Shown piece after piece: positions 9,260-18,711 of a stretch of DNA of 43,267 bases. The translations under genes and the position numbers were made by a program. This DNA comes from an uncultured Lachnospiraceae bacterium (GTDB lineage: Bacteria; Bacillota; Clostridia; Lachnospirales; Lachnospiraceae). Location of the stretch: the NCBI GenBank assembly GCA_946183625.1, contig CAMHCL010000001.1:1-43267 (forward strand), read 5' to 3'. The stretch's first letter is position 1. Each line of letters begins with the position of its first letter. Below the pieces are notes generated by a model. The model saw nothing but the letters and a program-made list of their open reading frames with translations. It made no database searches and was not told the origin of the DNA.

Positions 9260-11698
9260 TTATAAATCTACTTCTACTTTCTTAAGCTTCCAGATGTCCT
9301 TTACATACTCTTCGATAGTTCTATCTGATGAGAACTTGCCGGAGCATGCTGTGTTCATCATAGCCATACGAGCCCAGCCTTCCTGGTCACGATATGCAGC
9401 ATCAACTCTCTGCTGAGCCTCTGCATAAGAATCGAAATCCTTAAGGATGAAGTAAACATCTTCCTTGGTAAGTGAATCATACAGATCTCTGAAGAGCTCT
9501 GTATCTTCGTTAAATGTACCGTTGATGAGCTGTGTAAGAACTCTTCTTACATTCTGATTAGAATTGAAGATGTCCATAGGATTATATCCACCCTCACGCT
9601 CATACTTCATAACTTCATCAGCTGAAAGGCCAAAGATAAATGCATTTTCTATACCAACTTCTTCAACGATCTCTACGTTAGCACCATCCATAGTACCAAG
9701 AGTAGGAGCACCATTGATCATGAACTTCATGTTACCTGTACCTGAAGCCTCGCGGGAAGCTGTAGATATCTGTTCAGAAACATCCGCAGCAGCAAAGATG
9801 ATCTCACCATTTGATACACGGTAATCCTCGATGAAGACAACCTTGATCTTGTTATTGATAGCTGGATCATTATTAACTACGTCTGCAACTGAATTGATGA
9901 GCTTGATTGTAAGCTTAGCTCTCTTATATCCTGCAGCTGCCTTTGCACCGAAGATAAATGTTCTTGGGTACATATCGAAATCAGGATTCTCTTTTAATTC
10001 ATTGTAGAGATGCATTACATGGAGTATGTTGAGAAGCTGTCTCTTGTACTCATGAAGTCTCTTAACCTGAACATCAAAGATTGAGTTAGGATCAACGTCA
10101 ATGCCGTTGTTCTCCTTGATATATTTAGCAAGTCTCAGCTTGTTCTGATATTTGATATTCATGAACTCCTGCTGATACTTCTTATCATCAACATATGTCT
10201 TGAGCTTAGCCATCTGAGAGAAGTCTGTGATCCAGTCTTCTCCGATCTTCTCATTAAGCCATTTAGCAAGAAGTGGATTAGCATGAGCAAGGAATCTTCT
10301 CTGTGTAACACCATTTGTCTTGTTATTAAATGACTTAGGATTCATTTCATAGAAGTCCTTAAGCTCTCTCTTCTTCAGGATCTCAGTATGGAGTCTTGCA
10401 ACACCATTTACAGAGAATGAACCTGCGATAGCAAGGTGAGCCATCTTAACCTGTCCATCATAAAGGATAGCCATATTTCTAACCTTATTAGGATCGTTTG
10501 GATACTTCTCCTGAATCTTGATCACATATCTACGGTTGATCTCTTCTACGATCTGATATACACGTGGAAGAAGTCTGGAGAAGAGCTCGATAGGCCATTT
10601 CTCAAGAGCCTCAGACATGATTGTGTGATTTGTATAAGCACAGCACTTAGTTGTGATTGCCCATGCCTCATCCCACTCAAGACCTTCTACATCCATGAGG
10701 ATACGCATAAGCTCTGCTACTGTAAGTGTAGGATGTGTATCATTCATCTGGAATACAACCTTCTTAGGCAGATCCTGAATCTTCTTGTTGTTCTCCTTGA
10801 ACTTAAGGATAGCTCTCTGAAGTGATGCAGATACGAAGAAGTACTGCTGCTTCAGACGAAGCTCCTTACCTGAATAATGATTATCATTTGGATAAAGTAC
10901 TTCGCAGATATTCTTAGCCAGGTTCTGCTGCTCAACAGCCTTCTCATATTCACCCTTATCAAATGAATTGAGGTTGAACTCCTGAATAGCCTCAGCATCC
11001 CAGATACGAAGTGTATTAACTACGTTGTTGCCATAACCAACGATTGGCATATCATATGGTACGGCACGTACAGACTGATAACCCTCCTGTATGAAGTGAT
11101 TACGTCCATCTCTGTTCTCAACTCTTACATATCCACCGAACTTTACTTCAACGGCATACTCTGCACGCTTTACTTCAAATGGGAATCCATTTCTTAACCA
11201 GTCATCTGGCTCCTCAAGCTGATAGCCATCAACAATAGCCTGCTTGAACATACCATACTTATATCTGATACCGCATCCATATGCAGGGTATCCAAGAGTT
11301 GAAAGAGAATCCAGGAAACATGCAGCGAGACGGCCCAGACCACCATTACCAAGTGCAGGGTCTCTCTCCTGATCCTCTATAAAGTTTATATCAAGTCCCA
11401 TCTCTTCAAGAGCCTTCTTGACTTCTGGATAATATCCTAAGTTGAGAAGGTTATTTCCGAGCGCTCTACCCATCAGGAATTCCATTGAGAGGTAGTAAAC
11501 TTTCTTAACATTCTGATCCTTGTAAACCTTATGTGTTGCAATCCATCTGTCAATAATGTCGTCCTTACATGCATAGCTGACAGCCTGGAAAATCTCCTGT
11601 GGATTAGCCTCCTCTAAAGGCTTTCTGTACAGGGTCTTAATATTCGCAGCAACCTGTTTTTTGAAACTCTTCTTGTCAAATTTTGCAATTTTCTTCAT
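9260..11698 (-). CDS. glgP: Glycogen/starch phosphorylase
   Basis: LGNGGLGRLAACF, YLSMEFL, QVKRLHEYKRQ, PLP site EASGTGNMK. Confidence 0.97.
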   Translation of the reverse strand: MKKIAKFDKKSFKKQVAANIKTLYRKPLEEANPQEIFQAVSYACKDDIIDRWIATHKVYKDQNVKKVYYLSMEFLMGRALGNNLLNLGYYPEVKKALEEMGLDINFIEDQERDPALGNGGLGRLAACFLDSLSTLGYPAYGCGIRYKYGMFKQAIVDGYQLEEPDDWLRNGFPFEVKRAEYAVEVKFGGYVRVENRDGRNHFIQEGYQSVRAVPYDMPIVGYGNNVVNTLRIWDAEAIQEFNLNSFDKGEYEKAVEQQNLAKNICEVLYPNDNHYSGKELRLKQQYFFVSASLQRAILKFKENNKKIQDLPKKVVFQMNDTHPTLTVAELMRILMDVEGLEWDEAWAITTKCCAYTNHTIMSEALEKWPIELFSRLLPRVYQIVEEINRRYVIKIQEKYPNDPNKVRNMAILYDGQVKMAHLAIAGSFSVNGVARLHTEILKKRELKDFYEMNPKSFNNKTNGVTQRRFLAHANPLLAKWLNEKIGEDWITDFSQMAKLKTYVDDKKYQQEFMNIKYQNKLRLAKYIKENNGIDVDPNSIFDVQVKRLHEYKRQLLNILHVMHLYNELKENPDFDMYPRTFIFGAKAAAGYKRAKLTIKLINSVADVVNNDPAINNKIKVVFIEDYRVSNGEIIFAAADVSEQISTASREASGTGNMKFMINGAPTLGTMDGANVEIVEEVGIENAFIFGLSADEVMKYEREGGYNPMDIFNSNQNVRRVLTQLINGTFNEDTELFRDLYDSLTKEDVYFILKDFDSYAEAQQRVDAAYRDQEGWARMAMMNTACSGKFSSDRTIEEYVKDIWKLKKVEVDL

Positions 11699-11728
11699 AC
11701 GGGGTTTCCTCCTTTATTTTAGCCTTGG

Positions 11729-14700
11729 TTATCTTGCGACTCCCAAAGTTACATCCTCACCATTGATGTCCCACTCCTTAGTGAAGCCGGCCATACTTCC
11801 AACCATGATGTGGTCAGCAAGAACAGCAGCCTTGATCTTATCATCATTTCTGATGATGATCTCAGCGATCTTGTCATTATTGTCCACATACAGATTGATT
11901 CTGTCAGTTACCTCGAAATCAGCTTCCTTTCTCATTGACTGAACCTTGGAAATGATTTCTCTTACGAAACCTTCCTCGATCAGTTCAGGAGTAAGTCTTG
12001 TGTCGATTACAACTGAAACGCTGTTATCACCTTCAGTTGCATAATCCTTGCTCTGAGCAACCTCTATAAGGAGATCCTCCTCAGCAAGCTCAACCTCCTG
12101 ACCGGAAACTTCAAACTTCAGTGAACCTTCAGCCTTCAGAGTTTCCATAGCCTTATTACCATCTTCAATATTAGCCAGGTACTCTCTGATTCCGCCAACG
12201 ATCTTTCCATACTTAGGTCCAACCGTTCTAAGCTGTGGCTTGAATGTGTATGATGAGAAGGATGATACATCATCCTTAAACTCAACTGATTTGATATTCA
12301 GCTCATCCTTAACGATGTCAACGAAGAAGTCATCCAGTTTCTTCTCTGCCTTGATGTACATATGTGCGATTGGCTGACGATTCTTGATGTTAGCCTGATT
12401 ACGCGCAGCACTACCAAAGGTCTTGATCTTCAGAACTTCTTCCATTGCTTCCTCAAGTTCAGGATCAATATAATCCTCATTAACCTCAGGGAAGTCACAC
12501 AGATGAATACTGATAGGTGCATCCTTGTCTACATTTCTTACCAGATTCTGATAAATAGCCTCTGTAAGGAATGGAATCATAGGTGCAGCAGTCTTACAGA
12601 TAGTCACGATAGCTGTGTACAGAGTCATGTAAGCATTGATCTTATCCTGCTCCATGCCCTTAGCCCAGTAACGATCACGACAACGTCTTACATACCAGTT
12701 ACTCATCTCATCCACAAACTCTGAAAGAGCTGCAGCTGATTCAGGAATCTTGTAAGCACTCATATTCTGGTCAAATGTTCTGACTGCGGAATTAAGCTTC
12801 GACAGCAGCCACTTATCCATAACTGAAAGCTTATCATATTCCAAAGTATACTTAGTAGGATCGAACTGATCTATATCTGCGTATAATACGTAAAATGCAT
12901 ATGTATTCCAAAGTGTTCCCATGAACTTACGCTGTCCCTCAAGAACTGCATCTTCATGGAATCTGTTTGGAAGCCATGGCTGTGAGTTAGTGTAGAAATA
13001 CCATCTGATTGAGTCAGCTCCAAACTTCTCAAGAGCCTCCATCGGATCAACCGCATTTCCCTTGGACTTACTCATCTTCTGACCGTCCTTATCCTGAACG
13101 TGACCGAGAACGATTACATTTTTGTAAGGAGCCTTATCAAACAGAAGTGTTGATATAGCCATAAGTGAATAGAACCATCCACGAGTCTGGTCTACTGCTT
13201 CAGAAATGAAATCAGCAGGGAAGTTCTCCTTGAAGATGTCCTCGTTCTCAAATGGATAATGCCACTGTGCAAATGGCATAGCACCTGAGTCGAACCAGCA
13301 GTCAATAACTTCAGGAACTCTGTGCATTGGCTTGCCGCAATCAGGACATTTAATAACAACTCCATCAACAAATGGTCTGTGAAGCTCGATATCCTCAGGA
13401 ACCTGGCTTCCATCTTCCATCGTACCTCTCTCACGGAGTTCAGCTATGCTTCCGATGGCATCTCTCTTACCGCAGTCTGGGCACTCCCATACATTAAGTG
13501 GTGTTCCCCAATATCTGTCACGGCTGAGACCCCAGTCCTGAACGTTCTTCAGCCACTCACCGAAACGTCCCTGGCCGATACCCTCAGGTATCCAGTTAAC
13601 TGTATTATTGTTAGCAACCATGCGGTCGCTCACTTCTGTCATCTTGATGAACCATGACTCTCTAGCATAGTAGATAAGTGGTGTATCGCATCTCCAGCAG
13701 AATGGATAGTCATGCTCGAACTTAGGTGCTGAGAAAAGAAGCTCTCTTGAATCAAGATCTACAAGAACCTTCGGATCAGCATCCTTTACGAAAAGTCCTG
13801 CGAATGGTGTTTCTTCAGTCATGTTACCTTCAGCATCAACGAACTGTACAAAAGGAAGATCATATTTACGACCAACGCGTCCATCGTCTTCACCGAAAGC
13901 AGGTGCTATATGAACTATACCAGTACCATCTGACATAGTTACATAGTCATCAGCTACTATGTAATGGCCCTTCTTATGCTGCTTAGCAGCTACATCTCCA
14001 GCTGCAGCATAGAGTGGCTCATATTCTCTGTATTCCAGATCCTTACCTACATAAGACTCAAGCACTACATATGCCTTTCCATCAGTAGCATCTGTGCTGT
14101 ACTTAAGTACCATCTCTCCATCATCGTTCTTTACCTTCTCTTCTGCAAGAGGTCCAAGAACTGTATCAAGGAGTGCATCTGCCATTATGTATGTATAACC
14201 ATCGCAAGCCTTAACCTTGCTGTACTTCTCTTCAGGATTTACACAAAGTCCTACATTTGAAGGAAGTGTCCATGGAGTTGTTGTCCATGCCAGGAAATAG
14301 TACTGTTCTTCGCCCTCAGCAACCTTAGCCTTGAAACGAACTACTGCTGAACGCTCCTTAACAGACTTATATCCCTGTGCAACCTCATGAGATGAAAGTG
14401 GAGTACCACAACGAGGGCAGTATGGAACTACCTTGAAGCCCTTATAGAGAAGACCCATGTCCCAGATCTTCTTAAGTGCCCACCACTCTGACTCTATGTA
14501 ATCATTATGATATGTAACATAAGGATCATCCATATCAGCCCAGAAGCCAACCTTGCCGGAGAATTCTTCCCACATGCCCTTGTACTTCCAAACGGATTCC
14601 TTACATTTGCCAATAAAAGGTTCAATACCGTACTCTTCAATCTGTTCCTTGCCGTCGATACCGATCTCCTTCTCAACTTCCAGCTCTACAGGAAGTCCGT

Positions 14701-14962
14701 GAGTATCCCAGCCGGCCTTACGGATTATCTTGTGACCCTTCATGGTCTGATAACGTGGAACCATATCCTTGATAACACGTGTAAGAACGTGTCCGATATG
14801 AGGCTTTCCGTTAGCTGTTGGAGGGCCATCGTAAAATGTATAGACTGGGAGATCCTTCTTCTCATCTATACTCTTTTCAAATACATCATTTTCATTCCAA
14901 AACTTTAATACTTCATTTTCGTTCTCAACGAAATTGAGCTTTGGTGATACCTTGTTATACAT
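11729..14962 (-). CDS. ileS: Isoleucine--tRNA ligase, type 2 (IleRS2)
   Basis: DGPPTANGKPHIGH, GWDTHGLP, AWTTTPWTL, DQTRGWFY, KMSKS; long type-2 C-terminal domain. Confidence 0.97.
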   Translation of the reverse strand: MYNKVSPKLNFVENENEVLKFWNENDVFEKSIDEKKDLPVYTFYDGPPTANGKPHIGHVLTRVIKDMVPRYQTMKGHKIIRKAGWDTHGLPVELEVEKEIGIDGKEQIEEYGIEPFIGKCKESVWKYKGMWEEFSGKVGFWADMDDPYVTYHNDYIESEWWALKKIWDMGLLYKGFKVVPYCPRCGTPLSSHEVAQGYKSVKERSAVVRFKAKVAEGEEQYYFLAWTTTPWTLPSNVGLCVNPEEKYSKVKACDGYTYIMADALLDTVLGPLAEEKVKNDDGEMVLKYSTDATDGKAYVVLESYVGKDLEYREYEPLYAAAGDVAAKQHKKGHYIVADDYVTMSDGTGIVHIAPAFGEDDGRVGRKYDLPFVQFVDAEGNMTEETPFAGLFVKDADPKVLVDLDSRELLFSAPKFEHDYPFCWRCDTPLIYYARESWFIKMTEVSDRMVANNNTVNWIPEGIGQGRFGEWLKNVQDWGLSRDRYWGTPLNVWECPDCGKRDAIGSIAELRERGTMEDGSQVPEDIELHRPFVDGVVIKCPDCGKPMHRVPEVIDCWFDSGAMPFAQWHYPFENEDIFKENFPADFISEAVDQTRGWFYSLMAISTLLFDKAPYKNVIVLGHVQDKDGQKMSKSKGNAVDPMEALEKFGADSIRWYFYTNSQPWLPNRFHEDAVLEGQRKFMGTLWNTYAFYVLYADIDQFDPTKYTLEYDKLSVMDKWLLSKLNSAVRTFDQNMSAYKIPESAAALSEFVDEMSNWYVRRCRDRYWAKGMEQDKINAYMTLYTAIVTICKTAAPMIPFLTEAIYQNLVRNVDKDAPISIHLCDFPEVNEDYIDPELEEAMEEVLKIKTFGSAARNQANIKNRQPIAHMYIKAEKKLDDFFVDIVKDELNIKSVEFKDDVSSFSSYTFKPQLRTVGPKYGKIVGGIREYLANIEDGNKAMETLKAEGSLKFEVSGQEVELAEEDLLIEVAQSKDYATEGDNSVSVVIDTRLTPELIEEGFVREIISKVQSMRKEADFEVTDRINLYVDNNDKIAEIIIRNDDKIKAAVLADHIMVGSMAGFTKEWDINGEDVTLGVAR

Positions 14963-15005
14963 TAGTCTATATGTCCTTTCATAGGTTATCTTATGTTATG
15001 ACAGT

Positions 15006-15335
15006 TTATGCCTCGTCCTTCTTGTCTTCATCCTTATTCTGTCCAGGAATTCCCAGAGTCTGTGTCAGGAAGTCATTTACAACCTTGGCAACATCATCTG
15101 TCTCAAGTCCATGAACAGCACACGCCTGTTCAAGAGTCTCAAACTGAGAAACACCACAGGATATGCAGTGCATACCACATTTCATGAGAACAAGTGCTGT
15201 ATCCGGATACCATGCGATCATATCGCCTATGAGCATATCCTTATTCACATATTCTACAATTCCATCCTCATCAATTCTGAGGTTTTCTGCTTCTGGTTTC
15301 TCCGGAACTCCGCCGTATGTCATTTCTTCAGACAT
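15006..15335 (-). CDS. DUF1858 domain-containing protein
   Basis: MLIGDMI...GMHCISCGVSQFETLEQACAVHG. Confidence 0.85.
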   Translation of the reverse strand: MSEEMTYGGVPEKPEAENLRIDEDGIVEYVNKDMLIGDMIAWYPDTALVLMKCGMHCISCGVSQFETLEQACAVHGLETDDVAKVVNDFLTQTLGIPGQNKDEDKKDEA

Positions 15336-15444
15336 TTCTATATCTCCTATTCTATATCTATTTCCCCGCCATAAAATACATATAACCTAACTTAGCCATG
15401 CATTTCTATCAAAATATCCATTTTTGCATAGCAAATCAGTGTCC

Positions 15445-15474
15445 ATTATACCATAATTGTAGGATTTAGTACAA
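15445..15474 (-). promoter_or_regulatory. Putative sigma-A promoter of the DUF1858-ileS-glgP unit
   Basis: TTGTAC-N18-TATAAT with extended -10 (TGG TATAAT). Confidence 0.55.
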
Positions 15475-15486
15475 CTTATATATAAC

Positions 15487-15515
15487 AAAAAACTCCCGTG
15501 CCTGAAGCACGGGAA
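15487..15515 (-). terminator. Intrinsic terminator
   Basis: TTCCCGTGC-ttcag-GCACGGGAG-TTTTTT on the minus strand, just after the stop at 15517. Confidence 0.85.
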
Positions 15516-15516
15516 T

Positions 15517-15924
15517 TTATCTGAACTTATTTACGAAATTAGCAAGTGGTTCAACCACATCTCCCAGATCCTGGATAGCCTGGTTCAACTCATCAAAGTT
15601 GATACTGTTGAGGTTATTTACAGCCTCCTCTAAGGATTCTGTATTATCAACCACAAGAGTATTTACATTAGTGATCATGCCATCAATTTCTGACAGCGAC
15701 TTTTCTGCTGATTCAACAAGTGATTCAGTTCTTTCAATCGCAGCATTTACATCATCCAGAGTTTTAGTTACCTTTGGAACGAGAATTCCAAGGGATATAC
15801 ATACAGCAACGCACATTATTACTACCGCTGCAGTAGCAATTCTGGTTCCCAGAAGAGTTCTCTTCTGTGTTTTAAGAATCTCTTCCAACAATTGCTTTTC
15901 GCTTAATGAATCTGTTTTCGCCAT
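15517..15924 (-). CDS. Hypothetical membrane-anchored coiled-coil protein
   Basis: One TM segment followed by a heptad-rich helix; GGAGG RBS. Confidence 0.75.
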   Translation of the reverse strand: MAKTDSLSEKQLLEEILKTQKRTLLGTRIATAAVVIMCVAVCISLGILVPKVTKTLDDVNAAIERTESLVESAEKSLSEIDGMITNVNTLVVDNTESLEEAVNNLNSINFDELNQAIQDLGDVVEPLANFVNKFR

Positions 15925-15940
15925 TTCTTACCCTCCAACA

Positions 15941-16900
15941 CTACTTCACAAACACCTTAATATGATTACTACTGTCATTCTCCACCTTCAGGTCCTTGAT
16001 ACCGCAGATGAATTTATACAGAGTTGAATATCCATATTCCTTGACGTTGAAGTCAGGAAACTGAGTATGTATCTTCTGTCCCAGAAGTCCCAGCTCAATA
16101 CCCTTGGTTCCACTCTCTGCAACAACATCAAGTGTGAATTCCTTAACCTTCTTCTTGGTATTCTTATCTGTATGGATGGACACGAACATAGTTCCGTCCT
16201 TCTTCTTTACATCAAAGCCTGCAGTCTCAACTATAAATGTTGAAAGTGAACTGTAGCCATAATTACGTACGTCAAAGTCGGAATACCTCTTCTGAAGTCT
16301 GCTTCCCAGCTCTCCAAGTCCGGTCTCACGACCCTTGTTGTCATTTTCTGTAATGATCTCAATGATAGCATCTTCAACAGCCTTCTGGCTCAGTGCATTC
16401 TTAGCCTTGGACTTCTTCTTAGCTGAAGATCCGCCCTTGCCTGTTGAAGTTGTCTCATCCTCCGACTGATCCATAAGGAGCTCCAGATCAGTGAAGATGG
16501 TACAGGCTGCTCTGAAGGATCTAGGAGTCTTATTCTCTCCCATTCCTATTACATGCATTCCGGATTCTCTGAGTCTGCTGGCAAGTCTGGTAAAGTCTCC
16601 ATCACTGGATACTATACAGAAGCCATCCACCTTATCCTCATATAATATATCCATCGCATCGATAATGAGCGTTGAATCCGTAGCATTCTTTCCAACGGTA
16701 TTTCTGAACTGCTGTATAGGCGTAATGGAATTCTCCATAAGTTCCTTCTTCCATTTATTAGCCTGAGTGCTGGTCCAGTCACCATAGATTCTCTTATAAG
16801 TTACAACTCCATATTTTGTCATCTCATCCAGTATATTTGACAGGTATTTGGATGAAATGTTGTCCGAATCGATCAGTACTGCATATTTCTTATCTTCCAT
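15941..16900 (-). CDS. NYN domain protein with OST-HTH/LOTUS domains (putative RNase)
   Basis: AVLIDSDN, KRIYGDW, GKNATD, IVSSDGDF; two FDVRNYGY/FNVKEYGY LOTUS repeats. Confidence 0.9.
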   Translation of the reverse strand: MEDKKYAVLIDSDNISSKYLSNILDEMTKYGVVTYKRIYGDWTSTQANKWKKELMENSITPIQQFRNTVGKNATDSTLIIDAMDILYEDKVDGFCIVSSDGDFTRLASRLRESGMHVIGMGENKTPRSFRAACTIFTDLELLMDQSEDETTSTGKGGSSAKKKSKAKNALSQKAVEDAIIEIITENDNKGRETGLGELGSRLQKRYSDFDVRNYGYSSLSTFIVETAGFDVKKKDGTMFVSIHTDKNTKKKVKEFTLDVVAESGTKGIELGLLGQKIHTQFPDFNVKEYGYSTLYKFICGIKDLKVENDSSNHIKVFVK

Positions 16901-16996
16901 GCTCCCCCATTTCCTCCTATCTATGCCTCGATCTGCCGGTTCCAAATATCATCAAAACTTATAATACAACACTTCTCATATATCTACAAAGAAAAA

Positions 16997-17971
16997 TTAC
17001 TTATCCTCACTTGTTATTACAATCTTGCCATCTTCAATATCTATCTTTACACGATTGGAATTAATTCCTGCCGCCTTACGCATTTCATCAGACAGTTTTA
17101 CGCGTCCGGCCTTATCAAGAATGGAGAATTCCTCGTGGCTGTCATTAGGATTGAATCCCAGCTGTTCACCATTTGCATCGCCGCTTCCCCACGCAGCACC
17201 ATCAACGAAGTTTTCTCCAGCTTCAATCGCCTTCTCATACTGTTCCTTCAGAATTCTCTCGCTGCTGATCTTGCCGTCAGAGATCATTACAACTCTGTCC
17301 ACACGGTCAGCCAGTCCTATATCATGAGTAACTATAATAATAGTTATTCCAAGTTTTCTATTGATATCCCTGAACATATCCTGAAGCATTATGGATGTCT
17401 TCCTGTCCACGGCACCTGTCGGCTCATCCATCAGAAGAAGCTCAGGTTCATTAGCCAGCGCAACAGCTATGGCAACTCTCTGCTGCTCACCACCGGACAA
17501 CATGGCCGGGAAGGAATTCTCCTTATCAGCGAGACCTACTGCATCCAGAAGATAGCGTGCTCTCTCCCTCTTCTCCTTACGTGACATTTTGGTAAACATC
17601 AGAGGCATCTCTATATTTTCAGCAACTGTAAGATAGAAAAGCAGGTTGTCAGAATTCTTCTGCCATACGAAACCTATATGGTCATTTCTGAACTTGGCCA
17701 ATTGCTTATTCGACAGGTCATTCAGGCAGACTCCATCGTAATAAACTCCGCCCACACTAGGTCTGTCCATGGCGCCAAGAAGCCCCAGAAGTGTTGACTT
17801 ACCACTTCCGGACTTACCGATTATCGCCATGAGCTCACCCTTCTCAACTTCCAGATCAAGTCCCTGAAGCGCCATAACTTCTATCTCTTCAGACTTATAT
17901 ATCCTTACCAGGTTATCACATCTGATATATGGTACATGTTCAGTTGTATTTTCTTCTGTGAATTGATCCAT
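16997..17971 (-). CDS. ABC transporter ATP-binding protein with C-terminal AbrB-like domain
   Basis: [22 protein letters not shown]; C-terminal [20 protein letters not shown]. Confidence 0.92.
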   Translation of the reverse strand: MDQFTEENTTEHVPYIRCDNLVRIYKSEEIEVMALQGLDLEVEKGELMAIIGKSGSGKSTLLGLLGAMDRPSVGGVYYDGVCLNDLSNKQLAKFRNDHIGFVWQKNSDNLLFYLTVAENIEMPLMFTKMSRKEKRERARYLLDAVGLADKENSFPAMLSGGEQQRVAIAVALANEPELLLMDEPTGAVDRKTSIMLQDMFRDINRKLGITIIIVTHDIGLADRVDRVVMISDGKISSERILKEQYEKAIEAGENFVDGAAWGSGDANGEQLGFNPNDSHEEFSILDKAGRVKLSDEMRKAAGINSNRVKIDIEDGKIVITSEDK

Positions 17972-18008
17972 TTCTTTACCTCATCTGGTCGGTTTCCAGT
18001 GAATCTCT

Positions 18009-18710
18009 TTATCCCAACTTAATTACATCATCCGCCAGCTCAGCCAGCCTCAGATCATGTGTATTCATTATGATAGTAATACCCTCACTATGAGCCAGGT
18101 GCTTGAAGAGCTCTGTGATCCTGATACCCGATTCCGTATCAAGAGCTCCTGTTGGCTCATCAGCAAAAAGGATTTCAGGTCTGTGAGCATAGGCCCTGGC
18201 AATGGCTATTCTCTGTCTCTCACCACCGGACAGCTCCTCAGGAAAATGCTTTCCTCTGTCGCTGAGCCCTACACTTTCCAGGACTTCCTTTATCCTCTCA
18301 TCTCTATCACCCTTGTACTCAGCCGTACGTAGTCCGAAATCTATATTCTCATAAGCCGTCATAACAGGAATAAGCGCCACCGACTGGAATACAAAGCCCA
18401 TCCTGAAACGTCTCAGCTTCTCCTTCTCTTCAACTGACATCTGAGAATATCTGTTCTCCTTAAGATATATCTCCCCTTCGTCAAATGTATCGAGGGTGCT
18501 GAGCATGTTAAGAAGAGTAGTCTTTCCGGATCCGGATCTACCCATTATCATGATGAGGTTACCGGCGCCAAACTTATAGTTCACATGATCCAGAACTACC
18601 TGCTGGCCACCGTCACCCGTCTTATATGCTTTTACAAGGTTCTCTACCAGCAGGATGGTGTTATCATCTCTACTGACTGCCCCTTCCATATTGTACATGT
18701 CTTCAGCCAT
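18009..18710 (-). CDS. ABC transporter ATP-binding protein
   Basis: GRSGSGKTT, LSGGERQR, FADEPT. Confidence 0.94.
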   Translation of the reverse strand: MAEDMYNMEGAVSRDDNTILLVENLVKAYKTGDGGQQVVLDHVNYKFGAGNLIMIMGRSGSGKTTLLNMLSTLDTFDEGEIYLKENRYSQMSVEEKEKLRRFRMGFVFQSVALIPVMTAYENIDFGLRTAEYKGDRDERIKEVLESVGLSDRGKHFPEELSGGERQRIAIARAYAHRPEILFADEPTGALDTESGIRITELFKHLAHSEGITIIMNTHDLRLAELADDVIKLG

Positions 18711-18711
18711 A

